The notes under the pieces: generated by a model
What the model saw: the letters and a program-made list of their open reading frames with translations, nothing else
What the model was told of the DNA's origin: nothing
Databases searched by the model: none
Made by a program: the position numbers and the translations under genes
Origin: Pseudomonadales bacterium
GTDB lineage: Bacteria > Pseudomonadota > Gammaproteobacteria > Pseudomonadales > JBECKS01
Assembly: GCA_965223975.1 (NCBI GenBank)
Contig: OZ245031.1
Coordinates: forward strand, 11,892 to 75,891
Direction of reading: 5' to 3'
DNA: 64,000 nucleotides
Shown here: piece after piece, positions 9,901 through 18,229 of the stretch
How positions within the stretch are numbered: position 1 is the first letter of the stretch
How the letters are laid out: every line of letters begins with the position of its first letter

Positions 9901-12900
9901 TTCAACACGCTTAATGGAATCAATACCAAGATCGGCCTCCATATCCATGTTGAGTTCGAGCATATCAATCGGATAACCCGTCTTATCAGCAACCACTGCC
10001 AACATAGCGCTGGTCAGTTCTTCTACATTTAAGCTTGCTGCAGAAGAAACCGATGCAGCTGGAACCACTGCAGCTGCACCACTAGCAACAGCAGTACTCG
10101 GAGCAAAAGCTTCAAGCTGTTCGCGCATATAATCAATAATCTGCGCCAAGGTTCTTAGCTCTGACAAAGCTTCTGGATCAAGCTCTGGTAATTCAGGATA
10201 AGATTCTTGAATCGAACCTAGGATCTCAACACGTTTAATAGAATCGATACCAAGGTCGGCCTCCATATCCATGTCCATCTCTAGCATATCAACCGGGTAA
10301 CCTGTTTTCTCGGCAACCACCTCTAACATGCTTTGCTTTAACTCGGCCATATCTAAAGCCGGAGCCGCACTGTTTACCAGAGCAGAAGTTACCGGAGCAA
10401 CAACAGCAGGCGCGGCAGCCACTGCACCTGAGCTAGATGCTTGTTCTTTTATATAGTCAACGATTTGTTGAAGTGTTCTTAGCTCTGACAAAGCTTCTGG
10501 ATCAAGCTCTGGCAATTCTGGGTAAGCCTCTTGAATAGAACCCAGTATCTCTACTCGCTTAATCGAGTCGATACCAAGGTCGGCTTCCATATCCATATCA
10601 AGCTCAAGCATTTCAGGCGGATAACCTGTTTTGTCGGCGACAACTGCGAGCATTTCATTAGTCAGTGCTGCGACGTCAAAAGATGCAGCCGGTGCTGTTA
10701 CTGCAGCGGGAGCCGCTTTTGCAACTGCCCCACCCTCAGGTACTTGTGCTTTTATATAGTCAACAATTTGTTGAAGGGTTCTTAGTTCGGACAAGGCTTC
10801 TGGATCGAGCTCAGGGAGCTCTGGATAAGACTCTTGAATCGAGCCTAGAATCTCAACACGTTTGATGGAGTCAATACCAAGATCGGCTTCCATATCCATA
10901 TCAAGTTCCAACATTTCTGTTGGATAACCTGTTTTTTCTGCTACTACTTTCAGCATTTCATTCGTTAGCGCCTGAACATCAAAAGCTGGCGCTGATTGAA
11001 CAGGTGCCGCAACTGGTGCAGGAGCTGCGCTGACAGGCGCAACAGCTGGAGCCGCTTCTATTTTTTGTGTCGCTGCTGGAGCCGGCGCGCTTACTGGAAC
11101 AGCACTTTTCGATACAGCCGGTGCAGAAGGTGCTGCCTGCCCGCCAGTTAACAAAGAATAATGCTCAGACATTAGATTTAAACTGGCTTGTGAAGCTTCT
11201 GCCTGATTATTTAAGAAAGTCTCGTGCACACGAATGGTTTCACTTTGCTGCTCATTAAACATTAACAAACTACGCTCAATGCTTTCTGGCAACTCAAAGT
11301 CCGGGCGCTCCTGCATAATCTCAGCAATCTGAGATAGCAGTGACTGAAAACTCTCCACATACTGAGCCGGGTTTTCTAGATATTTTTCGTGAACCCTTAG
11401 AGTTTCATTTTGCAGAGCATAGAACTGATCTAAATTAATCTCAGCGCCTTGCACTATTTGGGTTTGAACTTGAGCTTGCGATTGGCTTGGCGCTTGGTTT
11501 GCCACTACAGCCGCAGGAGAACTCTGTTGCGCAACTGGCGCTGGTGCTGCGGCGACTGAAGAAGTGGACAAACGGAAATCATCCTTCAATTCATCCTCAA
11601 AAGCTTGGCGAGTTTTGTCACTCACATAAGCTGCCGCAGAAATTTTAATATTTAAAGGGCTTGGCTTTTGCGTTGCGTAAGAACGCTTGGGAGCCGCATA
11701 AGGGTCTAAATTTTCTAACGATACACCCAATACCGCTAATTTCGCCGCTAGGAGTTTAAATTGCGCATCGGCCGATTTACCTGTCGCTGGATTCACCGCC
11801 AAGGTCACTACATCATCTTTCTCACTCAAAATATTTTCGGACAACTTAGCCAAAACGTTCTTAGGACCAAACTCTACGAAGATACGACCACCTTCTTCAT
11901 AAATAGTCTCAACTTCTTTCTTAAACTGAACGGAGTTTAAAATATGATCTTTTAAGGCTTCTTTAATTTTAGCACCGGAATTTTCATGACGAAGTCCGGT
12001 ACCATTGGCAAAAACAGGCACGCTTGGATCAGAGAACTCTACTTGATCAATCGCATCTGCAAATGGCTTTTGCGCATGGGCCACTAAAGGCGTGTGAAAT
12101 GCAGCAGACACAGGTAAAGGAATCAATTTGAAACCTTGTTCTTTTAACGGCGCTTGCGCACTTTCTAAAGCGGACTTAGCACCCGCAATCACAACCTGTG
12201 CGTTGGAGTTAAAGTTTGCAATCTTGATTTCAGGAAACGCTTCCAGCGCTTTTTCTAAGGCAGCAATATCACCACTTACTGCCATCATGGTGCCGGCATC
12301 AAAGTTTGGATCATCAGGAGCAGCCATCGCAGCGCCACGAGCTTTTGCAAGACGATAAAAGTCTTGTTCCGAGATAACACCCGATGCCCAAAGCGCACTA
12401 AGCTCACCAAAACTGTGCCCCGCAACAAAATCTGCTTTTAAGCCAGCTTGTTGAAACAACTTATAAGCACCGACACTAAAGGCACCAATGCTCGGCTGAG
12501 CGTGTTGCGTCAGTTGCAATTTAGCCTCTTGCGCCTTCTTATCTTCTTTACTAAAGGCAGCGATCGGGTAAACCACATCACTTAATCTAGGCTGACCATC
12601 TTTAATGAACAACTCATCTAAACTTGCGTAGCCATGACGGAACTCTGGATAGTTTTGAGCCAAGGCGTCACCCATGCGCAGGTACTGAGAGCCCTGCCCT
12701 GGGAATAAAGCAACCAACTTACCATCACTATCAATAGCACTTTGTCTATAGCTAATACCCTGGGGCAATTCCCAAGCTTGCTCAGCTTTTTTATCTTTTA
12801 ATGATTTAATTGCAAGGTTAAGCGCTTCGATGGCGCTATCGGCATCCGTGGAGAGGAACGCTAAACGCGCCTGAGCCGAATCCAAAGCTCTTAAAGCGTT

Positions 12901-14469
12901 AGCGTCTAAGAAGCTTTGATAAACTGCCGGATCTTTTGTTTCGGCTCCACCCTCTTGTAAAAGAGCCAATGACTCTTCGCACAATTTAATTAAAGCTGCT
13001 TCGTTATCGGCAGCAAGCAAGGCAATGTTATCGACATTCTTAATTCGAACCGCGCCTTTTAACTCGGGAGTATATTCCTCCATCACAAAGTGGAAATTAG
13101 TACCACCGAAACCGAAAGCACTGACCGCCGCGCGGCGCGGGCTACCATCTTCTGCCGGTAACCAAGGCCTGGTTTCTGCGTTTAAGTAGAACGGTGAATC
13201 TTCAACACCCAATTTAGGATTAGGCGTATTCAAGCTCGCGGTGGGCGGCAAAACTTTATGATGCAGAGCTAACACACATTTCATAAAACCAGCCGCGCCT
13301 GCTGCAGCTTTTAAGTGACCAATCTGAGACTTAACACTGCCCAAAGCAATGTGTTGCTTCTGTTCGTTATTTTGTTCGAACACCATCTTTAATGAGTTGA
13401 ATTCGGCAACATCACCTGCAGCGGTACCCGTGCCGTGCGCTTCTACCAAACCAACGGTTTTAGGCTCAAAACCCGCTTGCTCATAAGCACGGTTAAGTGC
13501 TTTGGCCTGACCTTCTGAACGTGGGGCATAAATACTTTTAAAACGACCATCACTGGATGAGCCAATACCTTTTAGCAAGGCATAAATTCGATCGCCATCA
13601 CGCTCTGCGTCTTCTAAACGCTTAAGTGCGATCATGCCAACACCCTCTCCCACCATCATACCTTTTGAATCAATATCAAACGGTTGAATAAAATCAGTAT
13701 TGGTGAAGGCTGGAGTCTTACTAAAACTCATATACATAAAGATTGAGTTATCAGTACAAGACCCACCGGTGATCATTAGATCACTGTGCCCAAGAATCAA
13801 CTCATTAGCAGCCATCTTCATTGCGCTTAAAGAACTCGCGCAAGCGGCATCCACAACCGAGTTCATACCACCAAAGTTAAAACGGTTAGCAATACGACCT
13901 GCGATTACATTTCCTAATAGACCTGGGAAAGAATTTTCTTCCCAAGGTACAAAAGCTTTTTTGTATTTTTCAATAACAGAGGCGCGTTCAGCATCAGGCA
14001 CACCGGCACTTTTTAATACTTTATCAATCACTGGATACTGTAGACGCGCGGTCAAAGCAGCACTGAGCTTCTGACCGCCACCAATACCTAGAGTGATACC
14101 AATACGATCATGATCATAATCGTCTTCGTTAAAAATATTACAGTCGGCCAATACATCCTTGGCGACCACCAAACCTAGTAATTGAGAAACATCAGTAACT
14201 TCTAGAATATTAGGCGGCAAGCCATATTCCATTGGATTAAATTCAATATCTGGAACAAAAGCACCACGCTTACAATAGGTTTTATCAGGAGCGAATGGAT
14301 CAGCATCATAATAATCGTCTAAGGACCAACGATCAGCGGGTACGTCGACAATGCTAACCATCTTTTCAACGATGTTATCCCAGTAGCCATACAAGTCCTT
14401 GGCATCTGGCATCAAACTCGCCATGCCTACGACTGCTATTGGGGTATCTCCTAATTTAAAATCTTTCAT
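6928..14469 (-). CDS. pfaA: PUFA synthase subunit PfaA (KS-MAT-5xACP-KR-DH)
   Basis: Probable start ATG 14469 (MKDFKLGDTPIAVVG, AAGAGAAG upstream). KS DAACASS/HGTGT, MAT GHSFG/AAFH, five LGIDSIKRVEIL ACPs, KR GGAKG/YAMAN, C-terminal DH HQVGGRLLVP..DALLQ. Confidence 0.95.
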   Translation of the reverse strand: MKDFKLGDTPIAVVGMASLMPDAKDLYGYWDNIVEKMVSIVDVPADRWSLDDYYDADPFAPDKTYCKRGAFVPDIEFNPMEYGLPPNILEVTDVSQLLGLVVAKDVLADCNIFNEDDYDHDRIGITLGIGGGQKLSAALTARLQYPVIDKVLKSAGVPDAERASVIEKYKKAFVPWEENSFPGLLGNVIAGRIANRFNFGGMNSVVDAACASSLSAMKMAANELILGHSDLMITGGSCTDNSIFMYMSFSKTPAFTNTDFIQPFDIDSKGMMVGEGVGMIALKRLEDAERDGDRIYALLKGIGSSSDGRFKSIYAPRSEGQAKALNRAYEQAGFEPKTVGLVEAHGTGTAAGDVAEFNSLKMVFEQNNEQKQHIALGSVKSQIGHLKAAAGAAGFMKCVLALHHKVLPPTASLNTPNPKLGVEDSPFYLNAETRPWLPAEDGSPRRAAVSAFGFGGTNFHFVMEEYTPELKGAVRIKNVDNIALLAADNEAALIKLCEESLALLQEGGAETKDPAVYQSFLDANALRALDSAQARLAFLSTDADSAIEALNLAIKSLKDKKAEQAWELPQGISYRQSAIDSDGKLVALFPGQGSQYLRMGDALAQNYPEFRHGYASLDELFIKDGQPRLSDVVYPIAAFSKEDKKAQEAKLQLTQHAQPSIGAFSVGAYKLFQQAGLKADFVAGHSFGELSALWASGVISEQDFYRLAKARGAAMAAPDDPNFDAGTMMAVSGDIAALEKALEAFPEIKIANFNSNAQVVIAGAKSALESAQAPLKEQGFKLIPLPVSAAFHTPLVAHAQKPFADAIDQVEFSDPSVPVFANGTGLRHENSGAKIKEALKDHILNSVQFKKEVETIYEEGGRIFVEFGPKNVLAKLSENILSEKDDVVTLAVNPATGKSADAQFKLLAAKLAVLGVSLENLDPYAAPKRSYATQKPSPLNIKISAAAYVSDKTRQAFEDELKDDFRLSTSSVAAAPAPVAQQSSPAAVVANQAPSQSQAQVQTQIVQGAEINLDQFYALQNETLRVHEKYLENPAQYVESFQSLLSQIAEIMQERPDFELPESIERSLLMFNEQQSETIRVHETFLNNQAEASQASLNLMSEHYSLLTGGQAAPSAPAVSKSAVPVSAPAPAATQKIEAAPAVAPVSAAPAPVAAPVQSAPAFDVQALTNEMLKVVAEKTGYPTEMLELDMDMEADLGIDSIKRVEILGSIQESYPELPELDPEALSELRTLQQIVDYIKAQVPEGGAVAKAAPAAVTAPAASFDVAALTNEMLAVVADKTGYPPEMLELDMDMEADLGIDSIKRVEILGSIQEAYPELPELDPEALSELRTLQQIVDYIKEQASSSGAVAAAPAVVAPVTSALVNSAAPALDMAELKQSMLEVVAEKTGYPVDMLEMDMDMEADLGIDSIKRVEILGSIQESYPELPELDPEALSELRTLAQIIDYMREQLEAFAPSTAVASGAAAVVPAASVSSAASLNVEELTSAMLAVVADKTGYPIDMLELNMDMEADLGIDSIKRVEILGAVTEQYPELPELNPEDLAELRTLEEIVNYMKEQVSESAPVASSLAQPVAGAGTGTNTASGSELDLESLRELMMSVVAEKTGYPSDMLELDMDMEADLGIDSIKRVEILGAIQEQVPELPELDPEALSELRTLGEVVSYMKDSAGNVGDAEKTVGSESSVESQSVANTVSSGLKPARAHVLVEKLPPVDERVFDAPSDKSCLVINDGTTLTAEVAGLYQEKSWTVSLLNLPGIDLDPSVEDFKNYSLNSFEETELQNTLNKIESEQGKVAHFVYLDSAYKATGKQGLAFAEEGKHQLRHLFLLAKHLKDSLNDTNVDQRNAFVAVSHLDGNLGYSEQKTKYDALAGGVFGLAKTLAQEWPEVLCRAVDLESGLDAESAAKTIVSEAFDSKVDLAEVAINKDGRSTLVPDERFEAPAKDVEISEDSVFLVTGGAKGVTSKCIIELAKNHKSKFILLGRSPLGDEPSWAQSCQDEASLKQAAMALVKDRGDKPTPVLVQKEINPVLSLREINSVLKSIEETGSTVRYIACDVCDSEGLKSALKNAQQELGEITGLVHGAGVLADKLIENKTVEDFDSVYDTKIGGLASVLSCVKWKSLKHLVLFSSAAGFFGNPAQADYAMANDILNKVALIVASHNPDCRVLSFNWGPWDGGMVTPQLKALFESRGVELISLQGGAQLFVDYLSSSDKDAQILVGSSMEAHELPDDQKKSLKFAERYQIKRVIKPMQNAFLNDHQVGGRLLVPMVASATWHARGALNAYSEFTHLQSLSDLVVYKGLSLDPDEDLVLYQDLSKAQVQSGSMSVDSVIYSEQGGRRVNHYGATVVLTNTESEEAMAVPSLNADDKRSAANFYQDNTLFHGEGLQLLESIVKADEQEMVFEAKVATYTPEQEGQFLDGDFSNLSLDALLQASLVWAKEYRDLASLPLKVSKASYFSVIEEDSFFISLKVKEQGASKMVADLEAFSKDGKVYARFEGAEITMSKQLEQKFAS
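9470..10980 (-). repeat. Five tandem ACP-domain coding repeats within pfaA
   Basis: Five copies of KTGYPxxMLExxMDMEADLGIDSIKRVEILG separated by Ala/Ser/Pro-rich linkers; boundaries approximate. Confidence 0.92.
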
Positions 14470-14521
14470 AATGCTTCTCTTATTAAAGGATTCGCTAATT
14501 CTTAAATGGTTAATATCTGCT

Positions 14522-15253
14522 TTATTTCTTACTTTGCTCTGTCGGCACAATGATGCTGCCGTATTTACTAACAAAAGTTTTTAAATTTCCTGCCAATACT
14601 TTCTGTACTGAAAACGGCGCTACACTCAATACTGCTTGAATATAACGAGCAGCCGCATCAGCGGTTTTATCTTTGTATATATCGACATAAACCCAACGTA
14701 CTTCTGGGTCCATGCCCACAAATAGGTACATGCCCTCTTCCCCTTCTAAGTCGGGAAGCTTTGTCACGGATACGTGGACAAAATCAGGGATATAATCTTT
14801 GTAGGGATTTTGTTCACGTGAGGCATCATCAATACCTGGCTTAAGGCCTTTTAAACTGGACACACCATTTCTACGCAAACAACGATCTAAAGCTGAACGA
14901 GATATATCGGCGTTAATAAATTCTTTTACCACCTGCAGCAGATGATCCAGTGGGAGCAAGAGGTGCCTTCTAAGTTCGACAACCACATGTTCCTCGAGTG
15001 GTGATAAAGAGCTAGTTATGGTTTTGGGACGATGACTTTTATCTTCAATGCTTTCGCGCTTGCGCCATTTTCGAACGGTCGCTTCGCTGATATTTAAAAT
15101 TTTGGATAACTCAGCCGTGCTCAAGTCCGAGTTTTGAATAAACTCGCGCATCTCTGGCGTCGTGGTAGCATTAGCGTGAAGGCGCTGCTCCTCACTCTTA
15201 TCGCTTTTCTCTAAGCGATCACCTTGTTGTTTACTGACGGACTCTAGGCCCAT
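14522..15253 (-). CDS. pfaR: PfaR-like HTH protein related to IS481-family transposases
   Basis: RLHANATTTPEMR..EATVRKWRKR HTH region, position directly upstream of pfaA as in Shewanella-type clusters, truncated integrase-like core. Confidence 0.8.
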   Translation of the reverse strand: MGLESVSKQQGDRLEKSDKSEEQRLHANATTTPEMREFIQNSDLSTAELSKILNISEATVRKWRKRESIEDKSHRPKTITSSLSPLEEHVVVELRRHLLLPLDHLLQVVKEFINADISRSALDRCLRRNGVSSLKGLKPGIDDASREQNPYKDYIPDFVHVSVTKLPDLEGEEGMYLFVGMDPEVRWVYVDIYKDKTADAAARYIQAVLSVAPFSVQKVLAGNLKTFVSKYGSIIVPTEQSKK

Positions 15254-15532
15254 AGTGTCTACTCTGCTTTTGTGTCTGCTTAATTTTTCTTATCTTTTTC
15301 TTATGCATGCATTCGCGCTCTTTGGCGAGAAGAGGCCTACTATAAACAATGTAAACGAAACAATCACCTGGGATTTTTGAAATTTATCTCACTTTTAAGA
15401 CCCTTTATCCTTATATTTTTCAAGGATTTACCAGGATATTCTAAGATTTAAGCTCGAAAGTCCCGCCACTTACTACCTAACGGGATAAAAGTTGCTCAAA
15501 TAGTAATCAAATAAACTAACAGAAAGGAAGGC

Positions 15533-15545
15533 TAAGCCATTGATT
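15533..15545. promoter_or_regulatory. Candidate IHF site in the pfaR/pfaE divergent region
   Basis: TAAGCCATTGATT; reverse complement AATCAATGGCTTA fits WATCAANNNNTTR. Confidence 0.4.
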
Positions 15546-15612
15546 TTTAATGAAGTTTTTCCAACATGGGTATAGAATTTGACTATAAACCTAAACGCAC
15601 CGCACCCCTCCT

Positions 15613-16437
15613 ATGACACTGAACGCCCCTAACTCACAAGAGATCCATATTTGGCTCTGCGAAGCTGAGAAAATACGTGAGCCGCTGTTGCTACAGCGTT
15701 ATCGATCCTGGCTAAACCCTGAAGAAATACAAAAAATGGAGCGCTATCGCTTCGAGAAACACCAACACCAATATCTAATCACTAGAGCTCTGATCCGAGG
15801 CCTGCTTAGCCAATATCAAGCAAATATTAGACCTGAAGCATGGGAGTTTGAGAAAAACCAATGGGGAAAGCCTAGCCTAATCAATGAGCAAAATCCCGAT
15901 AATTGGGTGTTCAACCTGAGTCATACCGAGGGCATGATTGTTTGCGCGCTCAGTGCCGACCTAGAGCTAGGTATCGATGTTGAGGATATCACCCGGGAGG
16001 GTGAAACAGTCAAAATAGCTGACCGTTACTTTTCCAACATTGAACACCAGGATCTATTAGCTCTGGGCGAAGACGAGCAAGATAATCGTTTTTTTGATCT
16101 ATGGACTTTAAAAGAATCCTACATCAAAGCCTGTGGCAAAGGCTTGGCTATTCCCTTAGATGAATTTAGCTTTCGCTTCGAACCCTTGAGCAATGAAGAA
16201 ACCAGTATCCAGTTTCACACAGATCCAAAACGACAAGACCAAAGTGAACTTTGGAATTTTTGGAATTGGCAGATAAAAGCTCAGCCAGAAGCACAAGAAC
16301 GCCATAGACTCTCGCTAGGCATCAAAGATAAAGATAACAAACACGCTCTCCCAAAACTCATTGTTAAACGCTGCGTGCCGCTGCTATCACAGAACAATGC
16401 AGATCAACTTTTAAAACTAAGAGCAAAGTCAGTCTAA
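15613..16437 (+). CDS. pfaE: Sfp-type 4'-phosphopantetheinyl transferase
   Basis: GKP, FNLSHT, LGIDVE and WTLKESYIKA motifs; divergent from pfaRABC. Confidence 0.92.
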   Translation: MTLNAPNSQEIHIWLCEAEKIREPLLLQRYRSWLNPEEIQKMERYRFEKHQHQYLITRALIRGLLSQYQANIRPEAWEFEKNQWGKPSLINEQNPDNWVFNLSHTEGMIVCALSADLELGIDVEDITREGETVKIADRYFSNIEHQDLLALGEDEQDNRFFDLWTLKESYIKACGKGLAIPLDEFSFRFEPLSNEETSIQFHTDPKRQDQSELWNFWNWQIKAQPEAQERHRLSLGIKDKDNKHALPKLIVKRCVPLLSQNNADQLLKLRAKSV

Positions 16438-16976
16438 AGCATCTGCTTTTCGCTTGCTTCTTTGCTCGCCCTTTCGCTCACCCTTTCGCTTTCCGTCTCA
16501 CTGCCTTCGGTTTGGTTCTCTTCTACGCTTTCAAACTGATGGTGTCCGTCAAAATAAACCGTAGCGTTTTTATACGTTTGCCACTCTATTAAAAATTGGC
16601 TAGGCACATGATAGTAGTCCGCTAACTGGTCTTGCGTAAGCCTAGGCATTTCTGATCGACGCTCAACACCTGAAAAACGCCACTGTTGTATTTTTGCCCA
16701 TAAAATCAGCGCTCCGCCCAAGACACATACCACAGAGAGATAAATAAGGGCCGTTGCAATAAAGGCACGGTAACCGCCTAAAATAATCATATGATCGTAA
16801 AAAAGCTTAATCTTAAAGACCCACGCGACCATGCTGATCAAAGGCTGCCAAATGTAAAATAAGCACAACCAAAAAAACAAGGTGATACTCATTCTGGTGA
16901 TTTGCTCAGGTACACCTAAAGTGCTTGGGCGATCGATAATCAGATCTTCTTGAAAGGACTTTTCTTTCTCGCTCAC
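16434..16976 (-). CDS. pgaD: PNAG biosynthesis protein PgaD
   Basis: Two TM segments, WAKIQQWRF..ERR motif, 4-bp overlap with pgaC. Confidence 0.85.
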   Translation of the reverse strand: MSEKEKSFQEDLIIDRPSTLGVPEQITRMSITLFFWLCLFYIWQPLISMVAWVFKIKLFYDHMIILGGYRAFIATALIYLSVVCVLGGALILWAKIQQWRFSGVERRSEMPRLTQDQLADYYHVPSQFLIEWQTYKNATVYFDGHHQFESVEENQTEGSETESERVSERASKEASEKQML

Positions 16977-18229
16977 TGATGCACCCCTCTATCGGGACTA
17001 TTCCAAACCGCTTTGACGCCATCTTTCTTCAGTAGGGCTTTAGGTACAGCAACCACTACAGTCATAGCGTTAATCATCCAATAGGCAAGCGGATACCAAA
17101 TCATCCAGTAGTAATAACGACCGATACCTTTATCATAACGAGAGTCGATAGCAAGACTAATCGCAAACTGCATAAAACAAGTGACTCCCAGAATCACACC
17201 GTTCCATCCAGGCACCAAAGTCGGTACTACTAAGTGTTCTGGCAGCGCTACGAACTTACCTATAAACCAAAGTAAAAATATAAAAGACACCACATAAGCC
17301 CACGCAACACTTAAAAGGTATTCAACACATACCAGCCACATACGCCGTTTGCGCCAGCTAAGCATTTTTGGAAAATAACGCTTAAACACCTCCATGCCAC
17401 CTTGAGCCCATCGCTCCCTTTGCTTCCAAAGTCCCTTTAAGGTTTCTGGCATAAGAATCCAGCAAAGCGCATTCGGTTCATAACGAATATCCCAATGATC
17501 CAGTTGAAGGCGCCAACTAATGTCAATATCTTCTGTAATCATATCCGTCGACCAATAGCCAATACGTTGCAAGGCAGTTCGACGGAAAGCAACAACCACT
17601 CCCGAAACCGTAAACACTCGTCCATAGATTCGTTGAGCGCGTTTGATCATTCCGATTATTGACGAGAACTCGCCTACCTGAATTTTACCCAACAAACTTG
17701 ATCGGTTTCTTATTCTTGGATTACCGGTGACCGCACCGAGTCGAGGTGAACCAAAGGCAAAGTGGCTCATCAACCAATGAGTTGCATGTGGATCTAAAAC
17801 TGCATCACCGTCTATACCTATAAAGAAATCATTCTTCGACATCATTGCGCCAACATTCATCGCTGTCGCCTTACCTTGATTAGTCGCGAGGTGCACCACG
17901 CGCAACTTGTCATATTGCTTCTCTAAACGATCAAGCACCTCCCCCGTATTATCTTTGCTGCCATCGTTAATCGCTATTACTTCGAAATTTGGATATGTTT
18001 GCTTAAACAAATAAGCAATCGTTTCTTCGGCAAGATCACCCTCGTTATAGCAAGGCAAAAGAATTGATACGGCGGGATAGCTTGGTAAGGGCTTAGGGTC
18101 ATCAAATGACTCTCCACCCATTTTTTCCCAATGATAGCGATAGTAAAGCGCTCCACACATCCACACGTAAGCCATGAATAGAGGGTAGTAATATGCGTAG
18201 CGCATTAAAAATTCGACGAGTTCTGCCAT
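16973..18229 (-). CDS. pgaC: Poly-beta-1,6-GlcNAc synthase PgaC (GT2)
   Basis: PCYNE, INDGSKD, IDGD, TGNPRIRNR, TEDID and QRERWAQGG motifs. Confidence 0.96.
   Translation of the reverse strand: MAELVEFLMRYAYYYPLFMAYVWMCGALYYRYHWEKMGGESFDDPKPLPSYPAVSILLPCYNEGDLAEETIAYLFKQTYPNFEVIAINDGSKDNTGEVLDRLEKQYDKLRVVHLATNQGKATAMNVGAMMSKNDFFIGIDGDAVLDPHATHWLMSHFAFGSPRLGAVTGNPRIRNRSSLLGKIQVGEFSSIIGMIKRAQRIYGRVFTVSGVVVAFRRTALQRIGYWSTDMITEDIDISWRLQLDHWDIRYEPNALCWILMPETLKGLWKQRERWAQGGMEVFKRYFPKMLSWRKRRMWLVCVEYLLSVAWAYVVSFIFLLWFIGKFVALPEHLVVPTLVPGWNGVILGVTCFMQFAISLAIDSRYDKGIGRYYYWMIWYPLAYWMINAMTVVVAVPKALLKKDGVKAVWNSPDRGVHQ

Noticed and set aside
14470-14574. 35-aa N-terminal extension of PfaA in the ORF track
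   Set aside because: It overlaps pfaR and has no KS similarity; ATG 14469 has an RBS-like sequence and begins the KS domain.
14522-15253. Active IS481 insertion sequence
   Set aside because: Catalytic Asp positions are substituted, the core is truncated, no inverted repeats were seen, and the position matches pfaR.
15340-15360. FabR/DesT-like site (TAAACAATGTAAAC) upstream of pfaR
   Set aside because: Half-site spacing and symmetry do not fit the ACA-nn-TGT core.
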